NCBI GenBank assembly: GCA_965218425.1
Contig: OZ244621.1
Coordinates: 3,232,001-3,296,000, forward strand
Reading direction: 5' to 3'
DNA length: 64,000 nt
From: an uncultured Candidatus Binatia bacterium
GTDB lineage: Bacteria > Desulfobacterota > Binatia > UBA9968 > CAXXLF01
The translations under genes were made by a program, and so were the position numbers. Below are positions 20,281 through 30,908 of the stretch, one piece after another (position 1 is the stretch's first letter; each line of letters starts with the position of its first letter). The notes under the pieces are model-generated. The model did not search any database and had not been told where the DNA came from. It saw only the letters and a list, made by a program, of their open reading frames with translations.

Positions 20281-20668
20281 TTGCGTGGCATTTCCAGGAG
20301 AGCTTCTAGAGTGTATTTCATTTTGCCTCCTTAACTAATTCGATATCCAAGGTTCACCTCCTCTTCTCCTCCCGGGTTGCCGCAAACTCGATAGGATAGA
20401 GACAAGTCTAGTGTTGCAATTGAGTAACGACAAGTCCGGAATTCGGGATGGGAGATGCCACCGAGGCGGCTAAAAGCACGACTCGCTTAGGCCGCCGGTG
20501 GCAGCGTCTTTAACTGCTTTGCCATGAGAGTCTTCATTATCTCCATGGCGAGGTGTTTCTCAGGTCCGGGTTTCGAACCTATGGATGGTTTCCTAAGGGT
20601 CAAAGGACCTGGGGGCGGACCCGCGGTCTCCGCGTGGAAAACACTCGGTTAACGGTCTTTGGCCGAAT

Positions 20669-21820
20669 CTATTGGTAAACCGATTCGGGCATACTAAATT
20701 CAGCCCCTTCTTTCGCTAGGGCTGAGAGAAAATCCTTTCGGATTTGAGGGTCTTCGTCTCGGTACTCAATGGTATTGCCGCCTTGGGATTGGTCGAGATT
20801 CCAGGTGTGCTCATCACCCGGAGCCCCTAATACTGGCCTGGGCCATCCCCCGAGAAAGGCAAGAACTCGGAAATTCCCCTTGTCGGTGCCAAAGTGGGCA
20901 TGGTACCAGTTATCGCCGCCTGGGGCTGCGCTGACGAGCCCCCCAGCTGTATAGTCTTGTCTTTTAACGAGGTGCCCTTTGCCGTTTTCCCACGGGCGGA
21001 TGCCGATGGAGGTCGGCCAGGTGATGGAGTATCCCTTTCCTTTTAGGCAGACAACCACTGGTCCCGATGGGTGGTAGTGGGCCTTGGAGTATCGACCGGG
21101 AGGGTACTCGGCCAGGAAACCATGAAAGGTGTTCCCGGAGAGACTCCAGCCAAAATGACGGTGACCTGCTCCCCGTTGGTTTTCCAAGGGCACTTCGCAG
21201 TTCAAAGTATCAGGAATGAGATTGCTGGGATTCAGGTATCGACCGGATAACGGGTTGGTGGCCAGCTGTTCAGCGGGTTTGAAGTAGTCGCTGTTGGCTT
21301 GGTAGCGGTCTTCAAACTCGTAGGGATTGTCGAAGATAAACCGGCGGCTCCGATAGAGGGCCATAATAGGAGGGGCGTTCGTTGCTGCCAACAATAACGC
21401 CGGACTCGATGCCGCATTCACCAAACGGTGGGCGGTATTCATTGGGGGGGCGAAAAGACTACCCTGCTGCCATTCGAATACCTGTTTCCTGTGAGGGTTA
21501 CTGTCGCTCCAGATTTCGGTGGTGCCCCGGCCTTCCACAACGTAAAAATTCTCCTCGTACATGTGTTTTTCGGGATTGAGAGCCCCGCCTGGCGGTATCT
21601 CCAAGATGAAAAGCCCCGACTTGCCCCCGACTCCGTTGAGTTCGAGATAGGCACCGCTGCCACCCGTACGTTTCCAGGGACCCAGGGTTACGTCTCTCAC
21701 GTCATATACCCCCAAACCGCGGACAATGGGGATCCCTTCCTCCTCGATGAAGGTCTCGTATACCGTGGGGGGACGGCTCCAGCGAAATTTACCGACTACC
21801 TCTAGATTTTCGTCAGTCAT
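20669..21820 (-). CDS. Bicupin protein (uncharacterised dioxygenase-like family)
   Basis: EIPPGGALNPEKHMYEE, FEWQQGSLFAPP.N..H, YSKAHYH, WYHAHF. Confidence 0.85.
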   Translation of the reverse strand: MTDENLEVVGKFRWSRPPTVYETFIEEEGIPIVRGLGVYDVRDVTLGPWKRTGGSGAYLELNGVGGKSGLFILEIPPGGALNPEKHMYEENFYVVEGRGTTEIWSDSNPHRKQVFEWQQGSLFAPPMNTAHRLVNAASSPALLLAATNAPPIMALYRSRRFIFDNPYEFEDRYQANSDYFKPAEQLATNPLSGRYLNPSNLIPDTLNCEVPLENQRGAGHRHFGWSLSGNTFHGFLAEYPPGRYSKAHYHPSGPVVVCLKGKGYSITWPTSIGIRPWENGKGHLVKRQDYTAGGLVSAAPGGDNWYHAHFGTDKGNFRVLAFLGGWPRPVLGAPGDEHTWNLDQSQGGNTIEYRDEDPQIRKDFLSALAKEGAEFSMPESVYQ

Positions 21821-22068
21821 TTATTTCCCTCCAATTTGATTTGCGATTTAAGCATTAAGTTGCGGACCCATTGTGGACCCCAATCAGGGGATTCCCGGCG
21901 CCGCAAAAATCAAAAAAACCGACGTGACATTTATACCTATTGGCGGGAAAAGATCAATGGGCGGTTTTGAGGACTAAATGACCCGGTTGAATGCGGGTAG
22001 GTTCACCGGGGAGGGGTGTCCAAAGTGCCCGGATTCTCACGGAGTGAGCTTTTAGGCGCTGCATTCTC

Positions 22069-22506
22069 TCACTTCTGAAGCGGCATTGTATAGCGGACCG
22101 CACTGCCCTCAAGAACCACGGTGTTATCGACACCAATGACGCGCGTCTTGAGTTCCGTAATGGGCTTGTGGGTGCGGACCTTGGTCACCTCCACCTCGCC
22201 AGTAATGGTATCGCCGGGTCGGACCGGGGCCTTGAAACCCCAGTTGACCTGCAGGAACACTGTGCCCGGGCCGGGCAAGTTTTCGGCCACCACTGCGTTC
22301 ATGATCGCGCTGGTGACACCGCCCTGAACCACGATGCCGCCGAAACGAGTCGCCGCTGCGACTTTTTCGTCATAGTGAATGGGATTACGGTCGCCGCTTA
22401 TATCAGTAAACAGTTCGATATCGTGCGCCGTTACCTCTCTCGACCACTGCGCTTTTTAGCCAACTTCCGGCATAGCGTTCGGCTACACCTCGTTCTTTTT
22501 TGCCAT
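22069..22506 (-). pseudogene. MaoC-family dehydratase with nonsense codons
   Basis: MAKKNEV*PNAMPEVG*KAQWSREVT...SGDRNPIHYD...LPGPG..FKAPVRPGD; TAG 22483-85, TAA 22456-58. Confidence 0.85.
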
Positions 22507-22611
22507 GCCTACTTTTCTTTGAGGACGATCCCAGGTCCCACCTTTGATGCCAATTTCATGCCGGTTAAACGTTCCTTTTTGGTATCCACAATAGTAGTTT
22601 AAACCCAGCAT

Positions 22612-23115
22612 TCAAAATTCGGCTGCAAGACGCTTGATCCCCTCTGCGGTGACACGATGGACCGTCCATTCCTTCATGGGAGAAGCGCCAAGGGATCTGT
22701 AGAATTTCCACGCGGGCTCATTCCAGTCGAGCACCGACCATTCTAGCCGGCCACATTGGCGTTGCTTGGCTAGATTTGCCACGTAGGCAAGCATGACTTT
22801 CCCAAAGCCTCTCCTGCGCATCTCAGGCTTGACGAACAAATCCTCGAGGTAGATGCCGGCTCGGCCAAGAAATGTGGAATAGTTGTGAAAAAACAACGCA
22901 AAACTCACGGGTTCCCCCTTAAAATCTCCGAGGATCACTTCCGCCACAGGTCGCGAACCGAACAGCGAGTCACGTAGTGCCTCTTCCGTGGCCACCACTT
23001 CATGTGAAAGCTTTTCGTACTCTGCCAGTCCTTTGATCAACGACAAAACTACAGGTGCATCCTCCACCGTCGCTGGTCTAATCGTGAAATCCTTTATTCT
23101 TGTAGAAACTTTCAT
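22612..23115 (-). CDS. GNAT acetyltransferase (diamine/SSAT-like)
   Basis: LAEYEKL, IYLEDLFV, RRRGFGK, LEWSVLDWNEPA. Confidence 0.92.
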   Translation of the reverse strand: MKVSTRIKDFTIRPATVEDAPVVLSLIKGLAEYEKLSHEVVATEEALRDSLFGSRPVAEVILGDFKGEPVSFALFFHNYSTFLGRAGIYLEDLFVKPEMRRRGFGKVMLAYVANLAKQRQCGRLEWSVLDWNEPAWKFYRSLGASPMKEWTVHRVTAEGIKRLAAEF

Positions 23116-23168
23116 TCATGTTCTCCATATTTGACGGTTCTCAGGTTTAATATAGGTCAAAAGCAAAA

Positions 23169-23599
23169 CTAAATGTCCTTGAGAAACACATGCTGTGTTT
23201 TCACAATTTTGTAGCCTTTTCTCTCGTAGAAGGGGCGAGCCTCCGTTCGCTTCATATTCGAATGAACGCACATAGTTGAAAGGTCCCGTTCATTAGCCCA
23301 ATTCTCACAGGCCGCAAGGAGGGCTTTTCCTAACCCCTGTCCTCGAGAATCAGCATCGACGACTAATCCGCCGATCTCCGCGTATGCGCGTCTGACTCCA
23401 CCAGCCGCACAACGTAAACGTGTATCCACCCCGCGACCCGTCCTTGCTCAGTTTCTCTCACAAAGGCAGCAAAGTCTGCTTCCTGTGTCATGGCGCCGAG
23501 ACGCTTTTTAATATCCGAAGCGGAAGAAGGATATCCCAACTGGTTCGATAGCAAAGCCACCTGCGTTGCATCGCTTTGAGTCATTTCACGCACTTTCAT
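23169..23599 (-). pseudogene. GNAT acetyltransferase split by a frameshift
   Basis: MKVREMT..QLGYP...RLVESD continues in another frame as AYAEIGGLVVDADSRGQGLGK; apparent GC duplication near 23386-23391. Confidence 0.85.
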
Positions 23600-23640
23600 C
23601 TCGGACCCTCCTGACCTGCCCCCAGGAGTGGTACCACCCT

Positions 23641-24546
23641 TTAAGTTAGAGCCGGAATTATCTGGAGTCCAGCCCATGGGGATGAATTCCCAGCCTGCGC
23701 TCTGGGCAGAAAGGCCTCCGGTGCCGGAGAACGATAGCCCAGGGCGCTGTGAGGCCGCCGCTGGTTATACTCTCTTCTCCATCTTTCGATCAGCACCTGA
23801 GCTTCCCTCAGGGTTTCAAACACCTCCCGGTTGAGCAGCTCATCCCTGAGTTTTCCGTTAAAACTCTCCACGTAGCCATTCTCCCAAGGACTGCCAGGCT
23901 CGATGTAGAGTGTCCTGACACCAATGGCCTTGAGCCAGTCCCGGATAGCCTGAGCCGTAAACTCGGGGCCATTGTCGGACCGAAGGGACTGCGGCACGCC
24001 CCGTTCCACGAATAGCTCCGCTAACCGTTCCAGCACATCCCGGTGATTCATCCGTCTGGCCACATCAATCGCCAAGCACTCCCGGGTGTATTCATCCAGG
24101 ATGCTCAACAGCCGAAAGGCCCGACCGTCTTCGGTTCGCTCGTGCACGAAGTCATAACTCCACACATGGTTTCGATGCGCCGGTCTCAGGCGAATGCAGG
24201 AGCCATCAGTCAACCGGAGCCTCCCTCGCTTAGGCTGACGGCTGAGGACTTTCAGCCCTTCCTGCCTCCAGAGCCTCTCCACTCGCTTGTGGTTGACCTT
24301 CCACCCCTCCCCACGCAGCATGGCCGTAATCCTCCGGTAGCCGTATCGCCCGTATTCGCTGGCCAGCTCCATCATCCGAGCCACTAGTCTTGCTTCCTCT
24401 TCCGGGATCTCTCGGACTCTTCGTTGCGTCGATCGCGGCTGTCCCAACACTTGGCAAGCCCGGCGTTCGCAGACTCGATCAGGTCCCAATCTTTCTCTGG
24501 CCCATATCACCGCTCGTCTCCTCTTCGCCGGGCCTAGAAGTTTCCC
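23641..24546 (-). CDS. IS3 transposase OrfB (DDE), reached by -1 frameshift
   Basis: [28 protein letters not shown]; slippery G_GGA_AAC at 24546-24540. Confidence 0.9.
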   Translation of the reverse strand, partial: GKLLGPAKRRRAVIWARERLGPDRVCERRACQVLGQPRSTQRRVREIPEEEARLVARMMELASEYGRYGYRRITAMLRGEGWKVNHKRVERLWRQEGLKVLSRQPKRGRLRLTDGSCIRLRPAHRNHVWSYDFVHERTEDGRAFRLLSILDEYTRECLAIDVARRMNHRDVLERLAELFVERGVPQSLRSDNGPEFTAQAIRDWLKAIGVRTLYIEPGSPWENGYVESFNGKLRDELLNREVFETLREAQVLIERWRREYNQRRPHSALGYRSPAPEAFLPRAQAGNSSPWAGLQIIPALT

Positions 24547-24812
24547 GAGGACACTTCCTTCAGGATCTGGTTGTCCAGCGATAGATCCGCCACCAGCTTC
24601 TTCAACCGCGCATTCTCCTTGTCCAAGGCCTTGAGCCTCTTGGCCTGATCCATCTTCAGGCCTCCATATTCCTTCCTCCACCGGTAGTAGGTCTGCACGG
24701 TTACCCCCACCTGCTTGCACACCTGGCCCACCGCCTTCCCTTGGGCCAAGCTCACCTCCGCCTCACGCAGCTTGAGGATAATCTGCTCGGCCGTAAATCG
24801 CTTTCTTGCCAT
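24534..24812 (-). CDS. IS3 transposase OrfA (HTH)
   Basis: [39 protein letters not shown]. Confidence 0.92.
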   Translation of the reverse strand: MARKRFTAEQIILKLREAEVSLAQGKAVGQVCKQVGVTVQTYYRWRKEYGGLKMDQAKRLKALDKENARLKKLVADLSLDNQILKEVSSGNF

Positions 24813-24984
24813 CCTTGCCTCCTTCCTAAAATCAAAATCCCTAACATTTCACCTGGACTCGTTTTAGGGGGCAAGGTCACTCCTGATTGCTGGGGACAGT
24901 ATACTTCATTGCACTCCCTAGCAATTGAACTGGTTCTGCATGCGCGGCTGATCCAGTAAATTGTTTTCTACTGTCCTCATGAAA

Positions 24985-25218
24985 TTAACGGTGCGGGTGT
25001 AGGTGCTGCTCTCGGTGTTGGCGTAACAGGTCCTTGCCGTAATCGTTGCCGTTTGGCGTTCTCACGATGGTGTGTATGTGGTGGCGCGACGGTTTGTCGT
25101 TGTCCAGCACAATGCCGTTCTGGTGGTCAAATTCGATAAGGGCTACCGGGCTATGGATTCGGTAGTAGAACACGCTGTCCTCGGCAAACCCGCCCATCCA
25201 TGCGAAGTAGGTCTCTCC
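24985..25218 (-). pseudogene. C-terminal fragment of a DUF3500 protein
   Basis: ETYFAWMGG...[15 protein letters not shown]...[19 protein letters not shown]. Confidence 0.8.
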
Positions 25219-25235
25219 AAGACGTTGCCGCCTCT

Positions 25236-25370
25236 TTCTTCGGTTGAGTCTTCTTTGTCAACGGTGAGCCGTAGTGGAAGCCCTAGATATCTGACGCCGC
25301 ATTGCTGCAGCATGGAGGCCTCGGCTTCGTCCATGACTCCAGCGATTTGAATCAGGTTGTGATCAAGCAT
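25236..25370 (-). pseudogene. N-terminal fragment of a TrpF-like (phosphoribosylanthranilate isomerase) protein
   Basis: MLDHNLIQIAGVMDEAEASMLQQCGVRYLGLPLRL; start overlaps upstream stop; breaks off after ~45 aa. Confidence 0.6.
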
Positions 25371-26079
25371 GGGGCTCTGCGTCAAGAATTTCCTGCAGTT
25401 GGCCGGTGGAACCGTAGGCTTCACGGAAAATCGCGAGGGCTCCAATGCCAAGTTCATCTTGGGGCGTCCATACACAATCTTCCAGGATCATAGTTTTGAA
25501 TTGATGAATCGAAGCGCTTTTCGCAGTAGCAAAGACACACACATGGGTCTCCACTCCTACTATGATAACGGTCTGTACATCCTTCGTCTGTAAGAATTGC
25601 AGCAACTCCGTTTGGAAAAAACCATCAAAGGTGTGTTTTTCGATTACTTTTTCACTCGGGTGGGCGAGTTTGATATCTGCTAGCTGGGAAATAGGGTCAA
25701 TGAAGGCTGCACCCCAGCTATGGGGTCTACAGGGGTGATGTTCGCGAAGGGGCTCTCGCGTTAGAAAAGGAGGTAGGACATCGAATTGGCGGCTGTAGAC
25801 CGCTTGCAGATAGGCGACGGGTCCTTGCTTCATCCTAGCGTGTTTAATGACGGAGCAGACGTTGGCTACGATAAGTGCCAGAGACGTGGTTCGATAACTA
25901 AAGGTCGCCGGGGGAGCCACGCTTGGTTGACCCATCACACGGTTTCTGAAATCCATTGAGATTTTTCCGGTGCCAACCTGTTTGTCTAGGTCATCCCTTC
26001 GGGCGTAGTATCCACCCGTGGCCAGGAAATCATTTTGCATATCCACGACGATGAGACCCCAATCTTCGAGCCTATTCAC
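25363..26079 (-). CDS. Isochorismatase-family cysteine hydrolase
   Basis: VVDMQNDF, EKHTFDGF, GVETHVCV (D-K-C triad). Confidence 0.88.
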   Translation of the reverse strand: MNRLEDWGLIVVDMQNDFLATGGYYARRDDLDKQVGTGKISMDFRNRVMGQPSVAPPATFSYRTTSLALIVANVCSVIKHARMKQGPVAYLQAVYSRQFDVLPPFLTREPLREHHPCRPHSWGAAFIDPISQLADIKLAHPSEKVIEKHTFDGFFQTELLQFLQTKDVQTVIIVGVETHVCVFATAKSASIHQFKTMILEDCVWTPQDELGIGALAIFREAYGSTGQLQEILDAEPHA

Positions 26080-26262
26080 GTTAGCATCTCCATCTACTTA
26101 ATTGCCCCGACCATAAACATTTCTTCCGCCCAATCGCCTCACTTACACACTACACTGCTCTTGACCCCACCCGCAATAAGTGCAATACCGCTAGGCGAGG
26201 ACTGGAATAGGAAGGAAAAATTCTCAACCTCTTGTTCTCGGAATCTGATCGGGAGGAGAAAC

Positions 26263-27396
26263 ATGCAGCAGCAACGACGTACGGCAGCCATTAAGAACTA
26301 CTATGAAAATTGGATGATGGAAGAGGGGGTGCCCATCCATGAGGCCGTGGCCGGACTCGACGATGTCACCGAGCTGCCTCGAAAACCCTGGTCCCGCACG
26401 GGTGGTCTGGGAACCTTCATCCATATGCTGGGCCCCAAACAGGCGGAACGTGGCATCTACGTGGGGGAGATCCCGGGAGGGAAATCCCTGAATCCGGAAA
26501 AACACCTCTACCAGGAGGTTATTATCGTCCTAAAGGGACTAGGCAGCACCGAGATCTGGCAGGAAGGCATGGCAAAACAAAGCTTCGAATGGGGCGAAGG
26601 AAGCGTCTTTGCGCCTCCGCTCAATTGCTGGCACCGGCTCATCAGCGGCTCGCGGGAGCCCGCGCTGTTTCTTGCCGTGACCACCGCTCCCAAGGCCTTT
26701 AATCTTTTTTGCGGTGAGGAAGGTATCTATAACAGCGACCAACGCTTTTCCAATCACTTCAATGGGGAGACCGATTACTTTAAAGAGACCCAGAGGCGGG
26801 AGACGGTGGGAAGTTATTCAGAATCCATCTGGTATACTAATTTTATCGCAAACGCGAACACTGTCTTACTCGAGGATTTAGAGCAGAAGGTGGCTGGCGG
26901 ACAGCTGACGGGTTACAGGATGGCAGGGGGATTTCCTAGCGGACATGTTTCCGAATGGCCTTCCGGCAGGTATCACAAGGCCCATTTTCACGGTCCCGGG
27001 GCCATTCTGGTAGGCCTGGAAGGCCAGGGCTATGTTCTCGTATGGCCGTCAACGCTGGGGGTTCACCCCTACAAGGACGGTCACGGAGACAGGGTGCTAA
27101 AGGTCAATTGGGGGCCGCGCAGTATCTATAGCCCACCAGACGCGTGGTTTCATCAGCACTTTAACGTGGACAAAGGACCCGCGAGGCACCTAGCGGTCTA
27201 CAGTGGTACGGAGTCAACCGCTCCGGGTTACCAATACAGCTTTGGCGACGACTTCAGCGGTATGGTCAGCTTCAAAGACGGGGGCACCCTCATCGATTAC
27301 GAAGAAGAGGACCCGCAGGTGCGAAAAGATTTTGAGAAAACGATCGCCGAAAAAGGAATTAAACTCCAGATGCCGCCGGTTACCTATCGCCAATAG
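26263..27396 (+). CDS. Bicupin protein, paralog of 20669..21820
   Basis: EIPGGKSLNPEKHLYQE, FEWGEGSVFAPPLNCWH, YHKAHFHGPG, WFHQHF; GGGAGGAG RBS before ATG 26263. Confidence 0.87.
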   Translation: MQQQRRTAAIKNYYENWMMEEGVPIHEAVAGLDDVTELPRKPWSRTGGLGTFIHMLGPKQAERGIYVGEIPGGKSLNPEKHLYQEVIIVLKGLGSTEIWQEGMAKQSFEWGEGSVFAPPLNCWHRLISGSREPALFLAVTTAPKAFNLFCGEEGIYNSDQRFSNHFNGETDYFKETQRRETVGSYSESIWYTNFIANANTVLLEDLEQKVAGGQLTGYRMAGGFPSGHVSEWPSGRYHKAHFHGPGAILVGLEGQGYVLVWPSTLGVHPYKDGHGDRVLKVNWGPRSIYSPPDAWFHQHFNVDKGPARHLAVYSGTESTAPGYQYSFGDDFSGMVSFKDGGTLIDYEEEDPQVRKDFEKTIAEKGIKLQMPPVTYRQ

Positions 27397-27895
27397 GGGT
27401 TTCCCCCGATTCTCGTCTTGAAGCGTGCGTCATGGATCAGTTCACGGCATGAGGCTTTCGGGCGGCGGGTTTGCATCAAAAGGCAGCTTGGCCTTGGAAG
27501 TCTCTTTTTAACTTGTGGTAGTTGGTAATCTCGCTAGCATTGGAGTGCATGTTAAATAGTTTTTTCTGGTGAAGGCAAGTCATCACTGCAAAGACGGCAA
27601 GGACCGGAAAGAAAAGCGCGGAAAAATAGTTCCTGTTTTTCATAGCGAAAAATTCAGCGATCAGAACTACGGCAAAAACACGCCACAAAAAAATAGTAAA
27701 AACTTAAACATTGGGTGGTGTTTGTAACAATAACCCTGTCTCCTTCTCGATGAATCTAAGTTCTTTCTTGAGTTGCGGTGAGATCTCGGTTTCCGGACGC
27801 TAGCCCTCCATCTGCTATTCCAGGGACTTGGCAAAGAGAACTTGAAGCCCATAAAAAGGGTTGACCCAGTATCCTCGCCGCAGTAGATTGGCGGT

Positions 27896-28732
27896 ATGGG
27901 AAGCGACCACGAGTTCGAAGTACAGGAACAGGACGTTGAATATTTTAACCAGGGTGGAAAGACCCGGCTGGCTCGCGTCTATCAACCCAAAGGAGCCGGC
28001 CCTTTTCCCACCATCATCGACGTACATGGGGGCGCCTGGCACAACGGGGATCGGAAGAATAATGTTGGCATCGACCGCTCCCTGGCGGCCAAGGGTATGG
28101 TGGTGGCGGCCCTGGATTTCCGGCAGCCACCGGAGGCGGGCTATCCAGCTTCCATCTGCGACGTGAACTTGGGTATTCGCTGGCTCAAGGCCCACGCGAC
28201 CGAGTTCGAGGGGACAGCCACCGTTGGGGCCTTTGGCAATTCCAGCGGGGGGCACCAGGTGGTGCTCAGTGGTCTTCGGCCGAGTTACCCAAGTTATACT
28301 TCGTTGGAGTTACCAAAGCATCCCGAAATCAATGCTGGCCTGTCCTATATTATCGCCGCATGGCCGGTGATTGACCCGCTATTCCGCTTCCACTTTGCCC
28401 AGAAATCCGACCGTCAGGAGCTGATCAAGGCCCATCTGGAATACTGGAAAACAGAAGACGCCATGGCGGAAGGCAGCCCCCAGACGGCCGTGGAGCAGGA
28501 CAAACAAGTGGAACTACCTCCCGTGCTCCTCCTGCTGAAGGAAAACGATACCAACCATCCGCTGGAGATGCAGGAGCGCTTTATCGCTTCCTATGGAAAA
28601 CGGGGAGGTGACATCGAGGTGCATACATTTAGCAGCCTGGCGGAACACCGAATGGTCCCATCCCCCGACAAACCGGAATCCATACGCCTCATCGAAGCCA
28701 TCACCGCATTCGCCTATCGGCACACCGGCTAG
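27896..28732 (+). CDS. Alpha/beta hydrolase (HSL-like esterase)
   Basis: VHGGAW, GNSSGG. Confidence 0.85.
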   Translation: MGSDHEFEVQEQDVEYFNQGGKTRLARVYQPKGAGPFPTIIDVHGGAWHNGDRKNNVGIDRSLAAKGMVVAALDFRQPPEAGYPASICDVNLGIRWLKAHATEFEGTATVGAFGNSSGGHQVVLSGLRPSYPSYTSLELPKHPEINAGLSYIIAAWPVIDPLFRFHFAQKSDRQELIKAHLEYWKTEDAMAEGSPQTAVEQDKQVELPPVLLLLKENDTNHPLEMQERFIASYGKRGGDIEVHTFSSLAEHRMVPSPDKPESIRLIEAITAFAYRHTG

Positions 28733-28750
28733 TGTTCCAATTGTTTGCTG

Positions 28751-29314
28751 TCAGCCTTCTGAATACTGGTTATCCGTTGAATTAGGATTGTTGGAAGGTT
28801 CGCTGAATGGACTGATGGCTTTGCACGAGGCTTCAATTCCGTTGGCAGGCGGTTCTTCCTTGTGGATTAATCCAAGCTGAGCAAGGACAGAGGCCTGGTC
28901 CCAGTAGATTCGCTCACCGGCGATTTTTCCGTTTTCAAACCGTACGACTACCACCACGGCCACCTCAACCCTTTTGCTCGTGGGCGGTACTCCTGGAAGC
29001 ATTCACGGCATCTCGACTGTGTGGGTGAACTTATGAATGAGTTCGCCCACAAGACGGTCCTCTCCAACCGTGCGGGCCACCGGTGTGATTTCGGTGTCCG
29101 GCGGCTGGGCGGGAATGAAATAGGTGCTGTAGAATTGTTGGACTGCACTGCGTCCAACGCCACCTGTCATTAAGGCAACGTGATTCACAAAAGGGGCCGA
29201 TGTCATGGTCGCCATGGTTGCATCGACGCTTTTTTCTTCGAACTCGGCGGCCATGTGTCGCTCCCACGTTTCAACCATTTCCCGTTGCTGGGCGTTGAGT
29301 CCTTGATCAGCCAT
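28751..29314 (-). pseudogene. SnoaL-like ester cyclase with in-frame TGA
   Basis: WERHMAAEF...TMATM..P.VNHV...FTHTVEMP*MLPGVPPT...ERIYWDQASVL; TGA 29003-29005 at a usual Trp position. Confidence 0.82.
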
Positions 29315-29346
29315 GGGTCTTTCTCTTCCTTTCAATCGTCAGTAAT

Positions 29347-29529
29347 TTAGGGTTTGCCTCGGAGCGGGTTAGATGAGCCAGCATGAGATGTCAGGCAGTA
29401 GGCTCCCAGGGTTACCACGGTGGTAACGGTGCCCACCACTGTGAAAGCGATGAGAATGGTAGCGGCCACAAGTCGCAGGGCTAGGGGCAGTTTGCGCGGC
29501 GATGTTTCAAAGGAATCAGGTGATTCCAT
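29347..29529 (-). CDS. Small single-TM hypothetical protein
   Basis: Hydrophobic LRLVAATILIAFTVVGTVTTVVTLGAYCL; co-oriented with neighbours. Confidence 0.5.
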   Translation of the reverse strand: MESPDSFETSPRKLPLALRLVAATILIAFTVVGTVTTVVTLGAYCLTSHAGSSNPLRGKP

Positions 29530-29624
29530 GATCCCAACCGGATTGACCCGGGGAAGTTGCAGGATCCTTGTTGGGTTTTCCTGTGACATCATGTCGAAAG
29601 AATGCGGTCCTCCCATAAGCGTTC

Positions 29625-30320
29625 TCAGTCAGGGATGGTCCAAACGTCGTAAAGGAGCTCCATCCGTCGCAGCGTTACTTCCCGGGTCTGCTCTTGCAGC
29701 GGGGCCGTTGAGAGGTAGCGCAGAGCGATTTCTTCGGCCAAAGTGCCATGCTCTTCGTCGGCTTCGAAATGCACGGTAAAAAACCTCACCTGCTCAGGTT
29801 TCAGACCATAATTTTTAATCAGACCTTTTCCCAAGGCGGCAACTGCCGGAGGGAATGTCCCCTCCGCGCCCATTTGGGCGGCCATAACCACAAACCAGGG
29901 GAGGGTGTGAACGATGAGCTCCGCGTAGTAAAGATGGGCAGCCGTTGCGGGGCGAAGCGCCGCGGTCTCCAGCTCATGGCGGGTGACGCCGATGGATTCT
30001 GCGAATTCCACAAACATGTCCGGGTGCCCGATACTGCCGGCACGAAGCCCACGAGTCTCGTCTTGCACCACCCCGTAAATCCTGGGCTGGAATTCCGGGT
30101 CGGTGCAGGCCAAGTAGCGGAGCATGGAGATACGCGGGACTATGCGCCGGAACTGATAGTCCTGCAGTGCCCAGGCGCGGATTTGTTCCATGGATGCCTT
30201 TCCTTCGGAAACGGAGAGGACAAAGGGATGGTTGACACGCTGCTTTGGGGAGCTTTTGATCTCTTCTCTTAAGCTGCGTACAAAATCTTTTGATGAAAGG
30301 ACTTGGGATTGCTCGGGCAT
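29625..30320 (-). CDS. PqqC/TenA/CADD-like heme-oxygenase-like iron redox enzyme
   Basis: NHPF, WALQDY, DE...GH, E, HFEADEEH ligand pattern. Confidence 0.8.
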   Translation of the reverse strand: MPEQSQVLSSKDFVRSLREEIKSSPKQRVNHPFVLSVSEGKASMEQIRAWALQDYQFRRIVPRISMLRYLACTDPEFQPRIYGVVQDETRGLRAGSIGHPDMFVEFAESIGVTRHELETAALRPATAAHLYYAELIVHTLPWFVVMAAQMGAEGTFPPAVAALGKGLIKNYGLKPEQVRFFTVHFEADEEHGTLAEEIALRYLSTAPLQEQTREVTLRRMELLYDVWTIPD

Positions 30321-30504
30321 CTCCTGATCCTCCTGGCGGCCGTCTCGGCCGGCGTCGATCCCAGCCGCCCCATGGTTTACAACCAGCCGTGCATGGAAAC
30401 CGGTCCTTCGCGCTTAAAGTTCGGCCGACCCTTCGGTCCTAGCGGGGCATGGCCTCTCTCCGTTATACGGTCCGGCACCAACGGTGGGTGGAATCGATAC
30501 TTAG

Positions 30505-30789
30505 CTACCGGGTACGATGATATTCGTAACTTTCCACCTCACCGGCTCCACCGCGCAGGTCGGGTCGTGCCTGTGGGCGCTTCAGTTGTTCATGGGCGTC
30601 CAGCGCTCCCTGGTCGGTCCAGCGTTCCAGCAGAATTATCTTGTCGGGGTTCACGATGCTTTGGAAGGCCTCGAAGTGTTCGCAGCCCGGCTCTTTCATG
30701 GTATCCGCACAACGATCCGGATAGACCTTTGCCAGTTCGGCGCCTTTGCCCTCTTTCGCATTTATCGTAACGATGATTCGAATTGCCAT
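30505..30789 (-). CDS. Antibiotic biosynthesis monooxygenase (ABM) family
   Basis: KEPGC..F, LLERWTDQGALDAH; GGAGG RBS. Confidence 0.85.
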   Translation of the reverse strand: MAIRIIVTINAKEGKGAELAKVYPDRCADTMKEPGCEHFEAFQSIVNPDKIILLERWTDQGALDAHEQLKRPQARPDLRGGAGEVESYEYHRTR

Positions 30790-30908
30790 AGTGCACCCTC
30801 CATGGAATTGACGGGAAAACAGATCGCGTCTCGGGGCGAATGTTCCACGGATGGATAACACCGCAGGTCAAAGGTTGTCAAGAATCCAAAGCTTTACCCC
30901 TTCCACGT

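Larger units (their letters stand above)
23612..24879 (-). mobile_element. IS3-family insertion sequence (IS407-like), 1268 bp, CTCC target duplication
   Basis: Ends TGACCTGCCCCC / TGACCTTGCCCCC (rc); CTCC at 23608-23611 and 24880-24883; orfA plus orfB. Confidence 0.93.

Noticed and set aside
20455..20660. Structured ncRNA downstream of the bicupin gene
   Set aside because: A GC hairpin exists near 20457-20502 but no known RNA motif is recognisable; could be a terminator
26035..26262. Long N-terminal extensions in the ORF track (also starts at 15738, 19856, 30861, 35965, 49619, 52880, 60093)
   Set aside because: They overlap promoters or neighbouring genes; downstream ATGs fit the family N-termini and most have a clear Shine-Dalgarno
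27476..27852. Short AT-rich minus-strand ORFs
   Set aside because: No recognisable family; poly-T tracts create hydrophobic-looking translations by chance
29003..29005. Selenocysteine at the TGA in the SnoaL-like gene
   Set aside because: Position corresponds to Trp in the family motif (M.WMLPG), not Cys
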